Positions 15,428 through 30,699 are shown, counted from the first letter of the stretch. The stretch: DNA of 64,000 nucleotides from Octopus vulgaris (GCA_951406725.2 OX597827.1:2542001-2606000), one strand, 5' to 3'. A program made the numbers and translations. Notes: a model not told the origin generated them from the sequence alone.

Positions 15428-16036
15428 TATTTTATAGAAGGAGCTTCTACAGGACTAGAACTGTTTCATTCAATTAATTTACTGTTAAAACTTAGTACAC
15501 ATGCACAGCAGAGATCAAGGTCAATCTTTGCCAAGTGGATTTACTCTGCGTGCTATGCTATAGCTTTGTTACTATGGTAACAGTCCGGATACTTATTGAT
15601 CAGACCACTATATGGCCTGACGTGACGTTTGTTAAGCTAAGCACTTTATGTAGGCGAAACCATGGGTAACTCTATAAACTGGCAATAAGTATCTTTATCT
15701 AAATACTCTACTGCTCTATAACTTAGAGTGTGCTTCTTTTTCGGATTAGATTAAAGTTTCAATATGAAATTTTACAATTTAGCATTGAGAGCTTATTTTG
15801 GGTATGTCCCTAGTAGTGTGGTGTCAGAGCACGTTCACCATTTACGGCTACCAGACGTCATCCACGTAAATGTAATTTGGTAGTTGGGTCTACGTTTGGA
15901 ATTCCTCGGTGCACGTTGAGTACATTCTAAATGATTTATACGGAAGGCAGAGTGTATTGGAATCTTTATTTATTCCAACGATCGTTATGATAAAGTTACC
16001 AATACACTCTGTATTCCGTATCAATAATTTAGAATG

Positions 16037-16113
<77 letters not shown>

Positions 16114-16169
16114 TATTTTATAGAAGGAGCTTCTACAGGACTAGAACTGTTTCATTCAATTAATTTACT
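15247..16169. repeat. Direct repeat (15247-15483 / 15900-16169) containing a 49-bp-stem hairpin and an internal (TA)n
   Basis: The two copies are near-identical at ~653-bp period; the (TA)n length differs between them. Confidence 0.85.
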
Positions 16170-16225
16170 CTGCTATGTATTGAGTACCTTATTTACTGTG
16201 GTTAACCCCGACTCAACCCGGGACC

Positions 16226-16276
<51 letters not shown>

Positions 16277-16503
16277 AATGTAGGATAAAACTTTTTTCGA
16301 AAAAAATTCTTTTCCAAACATATTTTATCAGTGGCCAGCATATTAAAAATACCTTTAAAGGTTAAATCGAATCGCATGTGTCTCGAATGGGCTGGAGTAT
16401 TTCTATTTTGGATGTATTTGGGGTACTTAATTGTGCTCATGACTTAGTGTTTGCTTCTTCCATGGGTATGAGTAAGTATCTCATTTATTTCTTTTGCCAC
16501 ATG

Positions 16504-16561
16504 TATCACTGACGAAGGGAGGGCTGTTATAAGCTAACCCTGAAATCGGTCCGATATGGTA
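16504..16561 (+). ncRNA. Type I hammerhead ribozyme in a ~430-bp (TA)n-flanked element (16275-16705)
   Basis: Helix I tatca/tggta; CUGACGA; helix II aggg/ccct; GAAA; helix III atcgg-t-ccgat; AUA triplet ending at 16556. Confidence 0.75.
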
Positions 16562-16705
16562 ATAATGGAATTTTTTAGAAATTTCTGTCCACCTTTTTCG
16601 AGTAGCGTGCGTATTGTGAAAAGATTATATGGTTAATGGACAATATGTCCAATTTTTCGGCATATTTGGCATTAGAAATCTTTTTGTTTGCCCTTATCTA
16701 TGAAT

Positions 16706-18398
<1,693 letters not shown>

Positions 18399-18590
18399 CA
18401 CACATATACAGTCACTACTACTACTGTTATTTCGGACGCTGGTCATTTTCACAATTTCAACCAACGAATCTAGTCCTAGTTCAAGTCAGCCATTATGCTC
18501 CCCATCTCAAAAACACCACCACGTGGACTCTGTTGAGACTAGTAAGAAACAATTATGAACTTTTTTTTATTACAGTTGACTTTTAAAAAT

Positions 18591-18638
18591 ATTTTTGATA
18601 AGGTTCGTTTTTTCAAGAAGAACCGAAACATGTAAAAT
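18591..18638 (+). ncRNA. Hammerhead variant with UUGAUAA core (U3-A8)
   Basis: Helix I attt/aaat; TTGATAA; helix II ggttc/gaacc; GAAA; palindromic acatgt; GUA ending at 18634. Confidence 0.55.
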
Positions 18639-19341
18639 CTCTACGAAAATTAAAATTCATCTTATATAGTGGCGTTTATATGACGTCCTGTTTTTGTTAT
18701 TATTATTATCATTATTGTTTTTATTGTCCCTCCTTTGTTGTCTTTTTGCTTTGCCTTATATTATACATTAAAATTACACCCTCTCCAACACACACACACA
18801 CACACACACAAACTAATACACTTGCTTGTTGTCGTCCTCCCCCCCGTCTGTCTTCGTCTTTTATTTTCTGCAAATTTGAACATATATATATATGTGTGTG
18901 TGTGTGCGTTGCTTCTTAAACAAGAACACTGTCACTTTTAACAATATTCTTGTTTAAGAATATCAAATTTGTACTCTACAAAAGTATAGAGTACCCCCTC
19001 AGATTAATGTAAAATTGTTTTTATTATAACTAAACATAAAAACAAACATAAGCACAATGCATATATATATATACGTGTGTATATGTGTGTGTGTGTATGC
19101 GAGAGAGAGAGAGTGACGGGGAAAATTCTGCATACAAGGTACACGTATACATTCGTATATAAATACATACATATGAAATATGTATGCATACGATATATAC
19201 GTACATATATACATAGAGTGTATATGCTTCTTTTTTTTATATTCAAATTGCATTATATGATAAACTGTCTTATATATTAAGATCAACACAGAAACAGATA
19301 AATTTCGACAACACCGTTTGTCTATCCTACAGCATATAACA

Positions 19342-19372
<31 letters not shown>

Positions 19373-19514
19373 ATGGTGGTGGTGGTGGTGGTGATGGTAG
19401 TCGTAGTAGTGGTGGTGGTGGTAGTGGTGGTGATGGTGGTGGTGGTGGTAGTAGTGGTAGTAGTAGTAGTAGTAGTAGTAGTAATAGTAGTAGTAGTAAT
19501 AGTAGTAGTAGTAA

Positions 19515-19564
<50 letters not shown>

Positions 19565-19601
19565 ATAGTAGTAGTAGTAATAGTAGTAGTAGTAGTGGTA
19601 A

Positions 19602-19672
<71 letters not shown>

Positions 19673-19845
19673 ATAGTAGTGGTAGTGATGGTGGTGGTGG
19701 TGGTAGTAGTAGTAGTAGCAGTAGTGGCGGTGGTGGTGGTGGTGGTGGTGGTGGTGGTGGTGGTGGTGGTGGTGGCGGCGGTGGCGGTGGTGGTGGTGGT
19801 GGTGGTGGTGGTGGTGGTGGCGGTTGTGGTGGTGGTGGCGGTGGC
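19342..19845. repeat. (GTA/GTG)n compound array
   Basis: Seen directly. Confidence 0.95.
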
Positions 19846-20603
19846 ATTGTATCTGCCAAGTAACAAATACTTTAATCAGTGTAGGCAAACAAATACAAGT
19901 AAATGAAGACAATATTATTTGTAGAAATATTCTCTAATCTGCAGACGAACGCTCACGTTTCGACATAGGGTCTCACTCATTTGGTGAACATTTTTGTGTA
20001 GAGTTGGAAAAGGAAAAGAGAATATGTGACGAAACGAAATTGTTTGTAATTCAAAAATTTCGGAGTTACGTGTGGTTGCAAATTGCATTTAAAGCGAACG
20101 ACATTCTCACGCCCCCCCCACTACACACACACACACACACACACACACCAACGTCATTGGAATTTACAAGCTTTGAGAGAACGGAAATAATTCTATTTTG
20201 GAACGGCGGAACTTGAAACAGATAAAGTTATGAATAATATCTTAGTATCATAATATTGGGTTAAAAACCCTTTGTGTGGAAAAAATTGTTTATATATATA
20301 TATATATGTGTACATATATACATGCATACATACATGCGTGCATACATACATACATACATACATACATACGTACATACACAGAAGTAATATTTATCACCAC
20401 TTCTATATGATTGTTCTGTAGGGTTGAAAACGGTAGTAACGTCGGTTCCTACGGAACAACCAATTTGAAGTGACGATAAACATTACTTCTCGGTATATAT
20501 ATCGACTTTCATCTCTTAAATAGAGATTTTCTGACTAGTTAATTTGCTTTATACATACAAGTATATCAGATTAACGAAAAATAGTTTTATTATAAATAAG
20601 CAT

Positions 20604-20665
<62 letters not shown>

Positions 20666-20700
20666 CATGCATACACACATGCACACACATGTGTTTTTAT

Positions 20701-21620
20701 ATTGGGTTGTCCGGAAAGTTCGTGCCGATTTTTAAAAGAAAGGAAAAGATCAATAAATAATTGCCATTACATTTTTAATCAACCAAATATGAACCATTTT
20801 GTTGCACTATGCGTCTCCATCTTTCCTTTAACTTGATATTACCTTCTTCCTAGAATTGTGGTGGATTCATGGCAAAGAATTCATCGAGGTATCTTTACGT
20901 CATCCAAGGAATTGAAATTTTTGCCATTAAGACTATTCTGCAGAGACCTGAATAAGTGGAAATCCGAAGGAGCAATATCTGATGAATATGGAGGGTGGGG
21001 TAACACATCCCAGCCGAACTGCAGCAGCTTTTGTCTGGTTCCCAAAGAAACGTGTTGTCTTGCATTATCATGTTGAAAAACAACACCCATCCTGTTGGCC
21101 AATTCTGGACGTTTCTCTTGAACTCATCCAGTTGTGCGCAGTATTTCTCAGAATTAATTGTCTGGTTACTTGGGAGAAGCTCATAGTACATAATTCCTTT
21201 CCAATCCCACCAGACACAAAGCAAGACTTTTTTTAGCGTGAAGACCCGCTTTTGGGGTGGCTAAGGGTGGCTCATGTCGCTTACTCCAGGATCGCTTTCT
21301 CTGAACATTTCCGGTAGATAATCCATTTCTCATCACCTGCCACAATTTGCTTTTAAAAAAGGTGCGTTTTCATTCCGTTTATAAAGCGAATCACAGATGG
21401 AAGCGTGATCTAAAACTTTCTTCTCACTCAACTCATGTTGTACCGAAACATCGCAGCGATTTGTGTACCCAAGCTTTACCAGGTGCTCATGAACGACGGA
21501 TTTTGATAGGTTGAGGCTTTCTGCCAATTCTCGGGTTGTGCAATGTGGATTATTCCCAATTAATGACTTGATTTGGTCATCATGTGGTGGGTGGTCTGCT
21601 TGATCGCTCTTTATCAATAA
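20701..21620 (-). pseudogene. Mariner (DD34D) transposase remnant with one TIR
   Basis: Frameshifted motifs MLCVWWDWKG, FQHDNARQH, HPPYSSDIAPSDFHLFRSLQN, and VSVQHEL (WVPHEL-like). TIR-like ttgggttgtccggaaagttcgtgccgattt at 20702. Confidence 0.9.
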
Positions 21621-22352
21621 GGCTACAATCTCCAACTCGGAACCTTGCGAACTACTTCCGTACAGTTCTTTCGGATAAAGAAACATCACTGTAAACTGCG
21701 CCGACTCAGATTTGCCGGTCGTTTGTCGAAATTTGAAATCATTATTAATACGTACAAAAATGCGGTGAGCTGGCAAAATCGTTAGCATGCCGGGCAAAAC
21801 GCTTAACGTCATTTCGTCTGTCTTTAAGTTCTGAGTTCAAATACCACCAAAGATGACTTTGCCTTTCATCCTTTCAGGGTCTATAAAAGAAATACCAGTT
21901 GGTAACCGGGGTCGACGTAATCGTTTAGCTCCCTTCTCCCAGGATTTCCGGCCTTGTACATACAGCAGAAAGGATTGTGAAGGCAAACAAATGGTAGTGC
22001 TTATTTAGTGGTACACTTCTTCCGTTTTCATTTCTTGTAAATGAATTTGAAAGGAGAAAATAATAAGTTCCGCCTACTTCCCTTCTTTTACATAGAAAAT
22101 GTGATGGAAATGTTTTGGAGAACAAAAGAAATGGTTGGAACCTCTGTCTGAAAAGTATGATTTCACGCGTGACGACGTCATGACAGCCTCATTTTCAGAC
22201 AGCGATCGGAGACTGTGGATGGAAGCACGTGACCATGTGAAGATCTAGAGTTTGGCTGAACCCGGAAAAAAGCACGAAGAAGATTTCCGGCACCCACCTC
22301 AAGGAACCTAACTACACAGAGACACACAGACACACACAGGCACACACACACA

Positions 22353-22399
<47 letters not shown>

Positions 22400-22472
22400 G
22401 TAAATGCATAAATTTATACATACATGCATTATATATATATGTGTGTGTGTGTGTATGTATATATATATGTGC

Positions 22473-22591
<119 letters not shown>

Positions 22592-23015
22592 ATGTATATT
22601 GCCTAATCAAACATCTATTCAGTTATCTCTTATCAGTAGCGCGTTCACTCATTCGTTCATTCGCTGGCTTGCTATCGCTTCTACTTTCGCTTTCCTGCGC
22701 GACTTTACCAATTTAATACTATTGTTTAATGTCAGCCATGTCTGATTTACAAATGATAACTTGTACAGCGTCAACAACAGTTGTGGGTTCCGTTCACACA
22801 CCATCTTAGTCGGCTCGAGGCGACAGGCTTTTTTTTTCCACTTATTTATTTATTTACTTAATTATTTACTTATCTATTTTTATTTCATCTATTGTTTTGT
22901 TTATTACCGGAATACTGTGTGGATAAGGAATACGAGTCGAAGTGAGTTATCGGCATACATAACTTAATATGTGATTATTGTCGTCACTTATGAGTTTGTC
23001 TGTCTGTGTGTTTGC

Positions 23016-23048
<33 letters not shown>

Positions 23049-23540
23049 TGTGTGTCTTGGGCTGTATGTTATATTCATGGTTGGGTAATGCATCGAATGC
23101 ATTAGAGTTTGTTACACTCTTGCTTACTGTTCACTGTTGTCTTCTGAGATGGACCGAGAAACAGACGAGTATTAGATACTTTCCTCCCAGTGCACAGCTT
23201 CTTCCTCGCAAAATAACAAAAAACTCCAATCCGACTTCCCCTAGTTACTTTGCAGGTACAAGCTCACTTGGCAAGGGATTTCGTAGCAGTTGTAGGTCTC
23301 GTAGAATGTGAAGACCCAACCTAGTGTATACGTTTTGGTACCTAACAATTATTCCCTCGCTGCCTTTCATTGAAATCTGGAAAACAAACGCGCTAGAGTA
23401 TTACACCCTGCAAGAAGAACTAGCTCAGTGAACAGTCAGCTTGAATATGACTTTCCATAGACTGAATTTCAGGCATCTTCCTACTGCTAGAAAGAGATAG
23501 AGTCCTTTTGGATGTTCATTGATACTGGGTGTATTCTCTT

Positions 23541-23603
<63 letters not shown>

Positions 23604-24082
23604 CGCATACACATCCTTTCTTTCCACTTTCTTCTCTCTCTTTCTATCTCCCTATCACTCTCCCTTTTTTCTCTCTCTTCCATTTTCCTCTCTCTTCCTC
23701 TCTCACCTTTTCTTTCTCCCTCCTTCCCTCTTTCTTCCTTTCACTCTCCCCCACTTTTCTCCCCCTCTCTCTCTCCCATTTTCTATCTGTATGTTTATAT
23801 TTCTACGTATTGGTGTGTATATGTATGTATGTGCATCCATTTGCCTCAAATGCCAAAAAGCATTATGTCCCCAACACGTTGAGTCTCTTGTCAACTGTGC
23901 CAAATCGTCAGCGCCCAAACAGCCGCGCCCAATGTTCTCTTTCTGCGCACAATCAGACTAGGCTTCTTGGAGATGGTGCTCTTAAAGAAACTAGTCTTCG
24001 GAAAGAACTATCTTGAATTATGACCAATATGGCACCAACTTAGGTACCGAGAGATTTTACTTGCTGTCATTGAGATGAGAGT

Positions 24083-24395
24083 GGAGGCGCAATGGTCCAG
24101 TGGTTAGGACAGCGGACTCGCGGTTGGAGGATCGCGGTTTCGGTTCCCAGACTGGGCGTTGTGTGTGTTTATTGAGCGAAAACACCTAAAAGCTCCACGA
24201 TGCTCCGGCAGGGGTTGGTGGCGATCCCTGTTGTACTCTTTCGCCACAACTTTCTCTCACTCTTTCTTCCTGTTTCTTGAGTAACGCTGCGATGGACTGG
24301 TGTCCCGTCCAGCTGGAGGGAACCCATACGCTATAGAAACCGGGAAACCAGGCCCATGAGCCTGGCTAGGCTTGAAAAGGGCGACGTTTATCGTT
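24083..24395 (+). mobile_element. tRNA-derived SINE family C with V-domain-like 3' part and 13-bp TSD
   Basis: Head ggaggcgcaatggtccagtggttagg...; ctgcgatggactggtgtcccgtccag; TSD attgagatgagag at 24069 and 24396. Confidence 0.85.
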
Positions 24396-25364
24396 ATTGA
24401 GATGAGAGACAAGTTAGCATCAGTGTGCAGCTAACGTCACTTTGTATTCTCTTTGCAGAAGACAGCTATGGCACATTACTGTGAATCTATGGACCATCTC
24501 TGTCATCTGATAACCAGTGAAAGGATGTTTTTATCAGACATTAGATCAGGCAAGGAATATAAAATATCCAATCAAGAAAAAATGGCCATAAAGAGATATA
24601 AAAACAGAACACTACAACAGTAACATCCTATTTCACCCTGTCAGCCTTCACAAGTATGACGCGCGCGCGTAAACGCACACGTACACTCACACACACACAA
24701 ACGTATACACACACACACACACACATACACACTCACACACACATACACACAGAAATAAATAAATAGCTCACTTTGCAACCATGTGGTTTCGGGTACAATC
24801 CAGCTGCGCGGCACTTTAGGTGTTTGATTTCTACTGTAGCCTTCGGCCGACCAAAGCCTTGTGAGTGAATTGGGTAGACGGATACTGTGTGGAATCCCAT
24901 CAAATATCTACATATGCGTGTGTGTGTGTGTATGTGTGTGTGTGTGTATGCGCGTGTGTGAGTATGTGTGTGTCTTAGTGTTTGTGCCCACCACTTGACA
25001 ATCAGTGTCGGTTTGTTTATGCCGGAGTAACTTAGCTTAAGAGGAGATGAGAGAGAGAGAGGGGAAGAGGAGAGAGGGAGAGAGCGCACGAGAGAGTACA
25101 GATGTCCTGACTGTCACACTGCATCCAATGCATTTCCTTACAATATGTAGGAGTGCGCAGTGTAGGACAGATTTGGCTATGGGCCAACACCATCGGGAAG
25201 GTTATCTCTCTGTCCTCGTTGGGCTAGGGAAAGCAAGCAGCTTTCTTCTGCCTGCTGGCTATGGTGAAATAGGTAGTATGGTGGCGATGGTGGTAGTGGT
25301 GGTGATGATGATGGTGTTGGTGGTGATGGTGAAAAAGACTTCAACACTTCTTTCTACGACTAAG

Positions 25365-25536
25365 CCATTATTAGCTTTTTTAATTTTTTCTCTCCTTGTT
25401 TTCTGTGTCCCTTTCTGTAGAAGAGCGTAGGCTCGAAACGTAAAAGACTTTTTTCTATTCCTGAGTGTTATACTAATACATCTGTTTGTTTTGTACACCA
25501 CCTGTCTTCATCTTTTGTTGTTTTTTCGTAAACTCT

Positions 25537-25540
<4 letters not shown>
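25365..25540 (+). mobile_element. Family D hammerhead-like element
   Basis: cttt-CTGTAGA-a-gagcgtaggctc-GAAACGTA-aaag at 25411-25446; highly similar to the 13420 copy; followed by (TA)n. Confidence 0.65.
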
Positions 25541-25584
<44 letters not shown>

Positions 25585-27757
25585 GTATATTCACTGAACC
25601 TGTGGCATTTTAGGGAAATATAATTGCTATTTAGCCTCAGTTTGGCACAAATCTTGTGAGGGAAATTGAATAGACTGAAAGGCTATGGCAGAATGGAGGA
25701 TAAAGTGCATCTCTACTTCAAGACCTACAGCCTTGTCACACAACCTTGTCACACACACTGTATCACACTGATTCTGCCTGAAAATCACCTTGATACACAG
25801 GTGAGTGGAACACTCAACCACTTACATGTTAATTCAGGAACAGGTTAATCAATTGAGCAAACAACTAAATCCTAAGTGTCACACGGTGGTGATCCACACG
25901 CGTGCGGGTGGGCGCACACACACGTAGTATGTATGTATATAGACATATGTATATAGACATATGCTAATGTTTCTTTTTATGCCATAATAAAAGCTATCTT
26001 GAATTAAAATGATGGATTGCTCAATACTTTTAGCAGATTCCAAACTTATGATTTTTTTTTAACAAGAATAGTATCGATAGTGACTTCGAAGTTTCAGCGA
26101 AGCCATGCAATCTTTGCACATCCGAACCCAAAATTACTCTTTGCCGAAAGCAAAATTCTCAATAAACACCGAAAAAGAATTTCTTCTTGCCTGCACAAAA
26201 CCTTTAGATTTCTACGTTTTCATCCTACAAATTATGCTCATAACTACATCTCCCTTCCTCCCTCTATCTCAGTCTATCTTTCTGTCTGTTTGTCTCTCTC
26301 TCATACATACACACAAAAACGCACGAGCGCACACACACACACACACACATATACAGAACCAAGTTAATCTGTTCACAAAATATTTTGGAAATATATATGT
26401 TATGTTAATATGAAATTCATTCGTTACATGTGTGATATGTGCGAGTGCGTACGTACGTGCAGTGCGCGTATGTGACAGAGAGAGAGAGAAAGAGGAGGAG
26501 AAAGCGAAAGAGAAAGAAGGGGAGAGATGAAGGTATATATAGTTTTGAGGATAATTTGTAAGATAAAAATAAATGGAAATTTGAAGGTTTGTGTTTGCAG
26601 GAAAAAATTTTTTTGCAGTGTTTATTTTGAATTTTGCCTTTAGCAAAGAATATTTTTGAGCTCGTATGTGCAACGATTGCATGGTTTACTTTCTGTTTCG
26701 GGGATTTCGCTTCAGGTAAAGTGTTCCATTTTGAATTATAAGGTAAGTTTCTTTTTTGTTTTTTTTTGTTTTTTTTTAGTTTTTGGTTTTTATTAAGTCG
26801 TAGTTGAAGCGAGAAACACAAATTTCCTGTTCTTACTAACGTTATTGTTAACTGTTATTGTTTCTGAAAATATAGGATTTTTGTGAAGATGTTCTGTATG
26901 GATGTGGCTATGCTGAGGCACCGCTTTGAAGGATTTAGTCGAACGAATCGATCCATCTGTTTTGTATTCATTCTGTCGGTCTCCGTTGCCAAAGCATCAG
27001 GTTAAGGGGATGTAAACAAACCAATACAGCTTGTCAAGCGGTGGTGGTGGTGGTGAGGACAAACACCAACATAAGGATGCACGCATACACACACATATGA
27101 TTGGCTCCTACACAGTTTTCCGAATTCACTCACAAGGCATTGGTAGGACAAGGGATATATGAGAAGAAACTTGCCCAAGATGCCGCACAGCGGGATTGAA
27201 CCCCAAACCACGTGATTGCAAAGTTGTGGCATAGGTGGTGAGTGAACGCAACAGGGATAATGAGAAGCGGGGAGAGGTGTGGGTCGGGTGTACTTGAGAG
27301 TAACAGACACAGGATTAATTAGACAAACAAGCAGAGGTCATTAGTATATTTCAGAAAAAACGACCTGTCTGCGGGAGAGAGGTTGGAGCATGTCTGCGAT
27401 TGATATATATCACTCATCGAGGGCCCCTTCTCTGAAAGCAGTTTAACCCTTTAATATTCACATTATTCTGTCAAATGTAATGATTTTCAATCGAATTGTT
27501 TTTAATTAATCATACATAATTCTGTAGCTTCGAAATTCTGATGATGGGATTGTATATTTTTAGAATAGCATTGTAGGGTATGTGTGACAGGCTGGATCTG
27601 GCTAGTAAGAACATGAAACAGGTCGCATATTTGGACCGGATATGGCCAGTTTAAATGTTACATGGTTAAGATATCAGTTTGCAGCAGCAGCAGCAGTAGT
27701 AGTAGCACTAGCAGCAGCAGTAGCAACAGCAGTGACGCCACCGCCATCATACTAGGT

Positions 27758-28661
27758 CAGTGGTTCTCAACCGGGGTCCATATGGCCCCTGAAGGTTCCA
27801 TATAAGGGTTTTGGGAGGTCCACATAATAAAATAGTATATTGGAAATCCACAATAGTATTTTAAGGGTCTCGGAAAAATGTCAAGGCCGACAGGAAGCGT
27901 TGATGCTTTCTAGGGCTAAATAGCGGTGGGTAATTCCCTCTATGGGATTGTCACGTTAAGTTGACAGTATACGACTGCTCTATCGTTCCACCACCGCTCA
28001 TATCTCTCTGAGGTATTTAGAAATTTAATATTTCTAATTTTGGTGATCAGTGAATAAACTTCAATGAAAATATATATGTTTACGAAGGCTCGACAGGTAT
28101 CTTCAGCTAGCAGGCCATGTTACTCCAGACTGATGACGAGCAAGATAATGGAATTTTGAAAGAAGTTTCTATAGGTGCAGGAGTGGCTGTGTGGTAAGTA
28201 GCTTAAGTAGAACCACATGGTTCCGGGTTCACTCCCACTGCGTGGCACCTTGGGCAAGTGTCTTCTACTATAGCCTCGGACCGACCAAAGCATTGTGAGT
28301 GGATTTGGTAGACGGAATCTGAAAGAAGCCCGTCGTGTATATATATATATATGTGTGTGTGTGTGTTTGTCCCCTCACCCCACCCAACATCGCTTGACAA
28401 CCGATGCTGGTGTGTTTACGTCCCCGTCACTTAGCGGTTCAGCAAAAGACACCGATAGAAAAAGTACTAGGCTTACAAAGAATAAGTCCTGGGGTCGATT
28501 TGCTCGACGATAGGCGGTGCTCCAGCATGGCCGCAGTCAAATGACTGAAACAAGTAAAAGAGTATAAAACTAGTTTTTAAACATCAAAAGGCTATGAGGG
28601 TCCACCAGAATAAAATAGTAATCAAAGGGGTCAATGAATAAAAAATGGTTGAGACCCCTTG
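27758..28661. mobile_element. hAT/Charlie-like non-autonomous element interrupted by a SINE
   Basis: Termini cagtggttctcaacc ... ggttgagacccctt; repeated subterminal ggtcca motifs. Confidence 0.55.
28173..28565 (+). mobile_element. tRNA-derived SINE family A (CORE-like box, internal microsatellite), near full-length
   Basis: A-box-like gtggctgtgtggta; B-box-like ggttcactccc; ccttgggcaagt; tail gctccagcatggccgcagtcaaatgactgaaac. Confidence 0.85.
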
Positions 28662-30064
28662 TACTTTTAGAAAATAGTTTCACCTAAGCTTTGTAGAGAT
28701 ACAGTAATTTATGCAACATTTTCTAGCCTTAGAGCATAGTGTCCGTCTTTGAGATACGTTCCTAGTTATGTTTTAAATATGTCACTTCGCCAGGAGAAAC
28801 CCTTGGTGATAGCAAGGCCAAGCATTTATCGTTGATTTATTCATCTTTGGGGGTGGGGTGAGAGTTGTATTAGTTGCTGTTCTGTTGTTGATGTTATCAG
28901 TGTTCTGTGTTTGGCAAAAGATATCAATGAGGATAACTAGCAAACTTAGAAATGAGCATTGGTGTCTATTACAAAAACCAAATCTTGCAAAGTGGTGCAC
29001 CAGCATGGCAGTAGTCCAATGAATGAAACAGGCAAACGATAAAAGATAGCCACTGCAACAGCTGTTTTTATGTGTGGAATAACAACAGCAACAATGTCGA
29101 TGTTCTTGGTGTGTTCTGTTTTGTCACACATCTGTTTGCAAATTCACTGTCGGAGTGATTGTGACTATTGTTGCTGTTATTGTTGCAGAGAAGTTTATGG
29201 CTGGATATATCACCGTTGTTGTTATTGTAGTTGTTGACAAGCCCCTTAACCCTTTATGGACTCGTTGGGACGCTGCAGCTATACAGCGTATCTAGGGTGA
29301 GAAGGCCTGGTGGAGCCCATCCCTCTCCACCAAGCTAAATACATGTCTACTGTTGAGTGGACTGGAGCAACGTGAAATGAAGTGTTTTGCTCAAAAACAC
29401 GACGCGGTCCAGGAATCGAAACCACAATCTTACGATCCCGAGTCCAACACCCTAACCACTAAGCCACGCGCCTCCACTATTGTAGTTATTGCTGTTGCTA
29501 TATTGTTATTTGTGGGGGCTGATATTTTTGTTGTTCTTGTTATCGTTTTTATTCCATAAACCAAAACAGCTGTTGCAGTGGCTCTTTTATCGTTTGCCTG
29601 TTTCCTTCATAGGGCTACTGCCATGCTGGAGCACCGCCTTGAAAGATTTAGTTTTTCAAATAGACACCAGTGCTCATTTCTAAGTTTGGTAGTTATCCTC
29701 ATTGGTGTCTTTTGTCGAACTGCAAAGTTACGAGTTCGTAAATAAACGAACGCCAGTTGCAATGGTTGGAAGACAAACATAAGACAAACACACACACACA
29801 GATATAATTACATGCACAATGTATACACATACACACACACAAATAGATAGACACACACACACACATACATATATGCTAATATCCAACAGCAAAAATGAGT
29901 GCTCAACACCACATTGATGGATAAATATATTTTATTTGTGGGTTAACAAGGCTACTATTGGTTTCATGCTGAGAATTCTCAGCAATTATCAAGCCTTCCA
30001 CATTGGCACGTTGGCACGTTGGTACTCATCTCCATCTTGTATGAGAACCATCTTGGCAAAGAAT

Positions 30065-30106
<42 letters not shown>

Positions 30107-30663
30107 CAACACATACACACAAGAATGACTTTCACACAGTTTCCATCTAGCAAATTCACTCACAGTGCATTTCTCAGGCCAAGGCTAGAGTAAAAAAAAA
30201 ACACCCGTTTAAGGTGCCGCACAGTGGGACTGAACCCTAATCAACACGGTTGCAAAACGTGCTTCTTAACCACGTAGCCATGCCTATTGTTGTAGTTGAG
30301 AATATTTCCTTTGCTGCAGTTGTTGGCGTTTTTAATGCTAGTATTGTTGTTGTTGTTATTGTTGCTGCTGCAGTTGTTGTTGTTGTTGTTGTTGTAGTTG
30401 TTGTAGTTGCCGGTGTTGATGTGTTCGTTGTTGTTGCCGTTAAAGCCACATCAAGTTTCACAATTGTTGTTCTTATAATTGTTGTTGTTGCTGGTGGTAG
30501 TTATTGCTGTCATTTTTTATTGTTGTCATCGTTTTTACTGTTACAGTCGTCCTCGCTGCTGACACGGCTGTTGCTGCTACTACTGCTGCTACTACTGCTG
30601 CTGTTTCAGTTAAATGTTTTCTCTCCCTTTATCTTGCGAAAATATTCTGCAGCACATTAAAAA

Positions 30664-30699
30664 TTATTATCATTATTATTATTATTATTATTATTATTC

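Noticed and set aside
15606-15672. gcct...aggc-GAAACcatggGTA half hammerhead
   Set aside because: There is no CUGANGA core or helix I in register.
24083-24155. tRNA gene (also 57372 and 46680-46749)
   Set aside because: These tRNA-like heads continue into SINE bodies, two of them with clear TSDs; they are not standalone tRNAs.
28125-28165. CTGATGA followed by GAAA
   Set aside because: Helices II and III cannot be formed.
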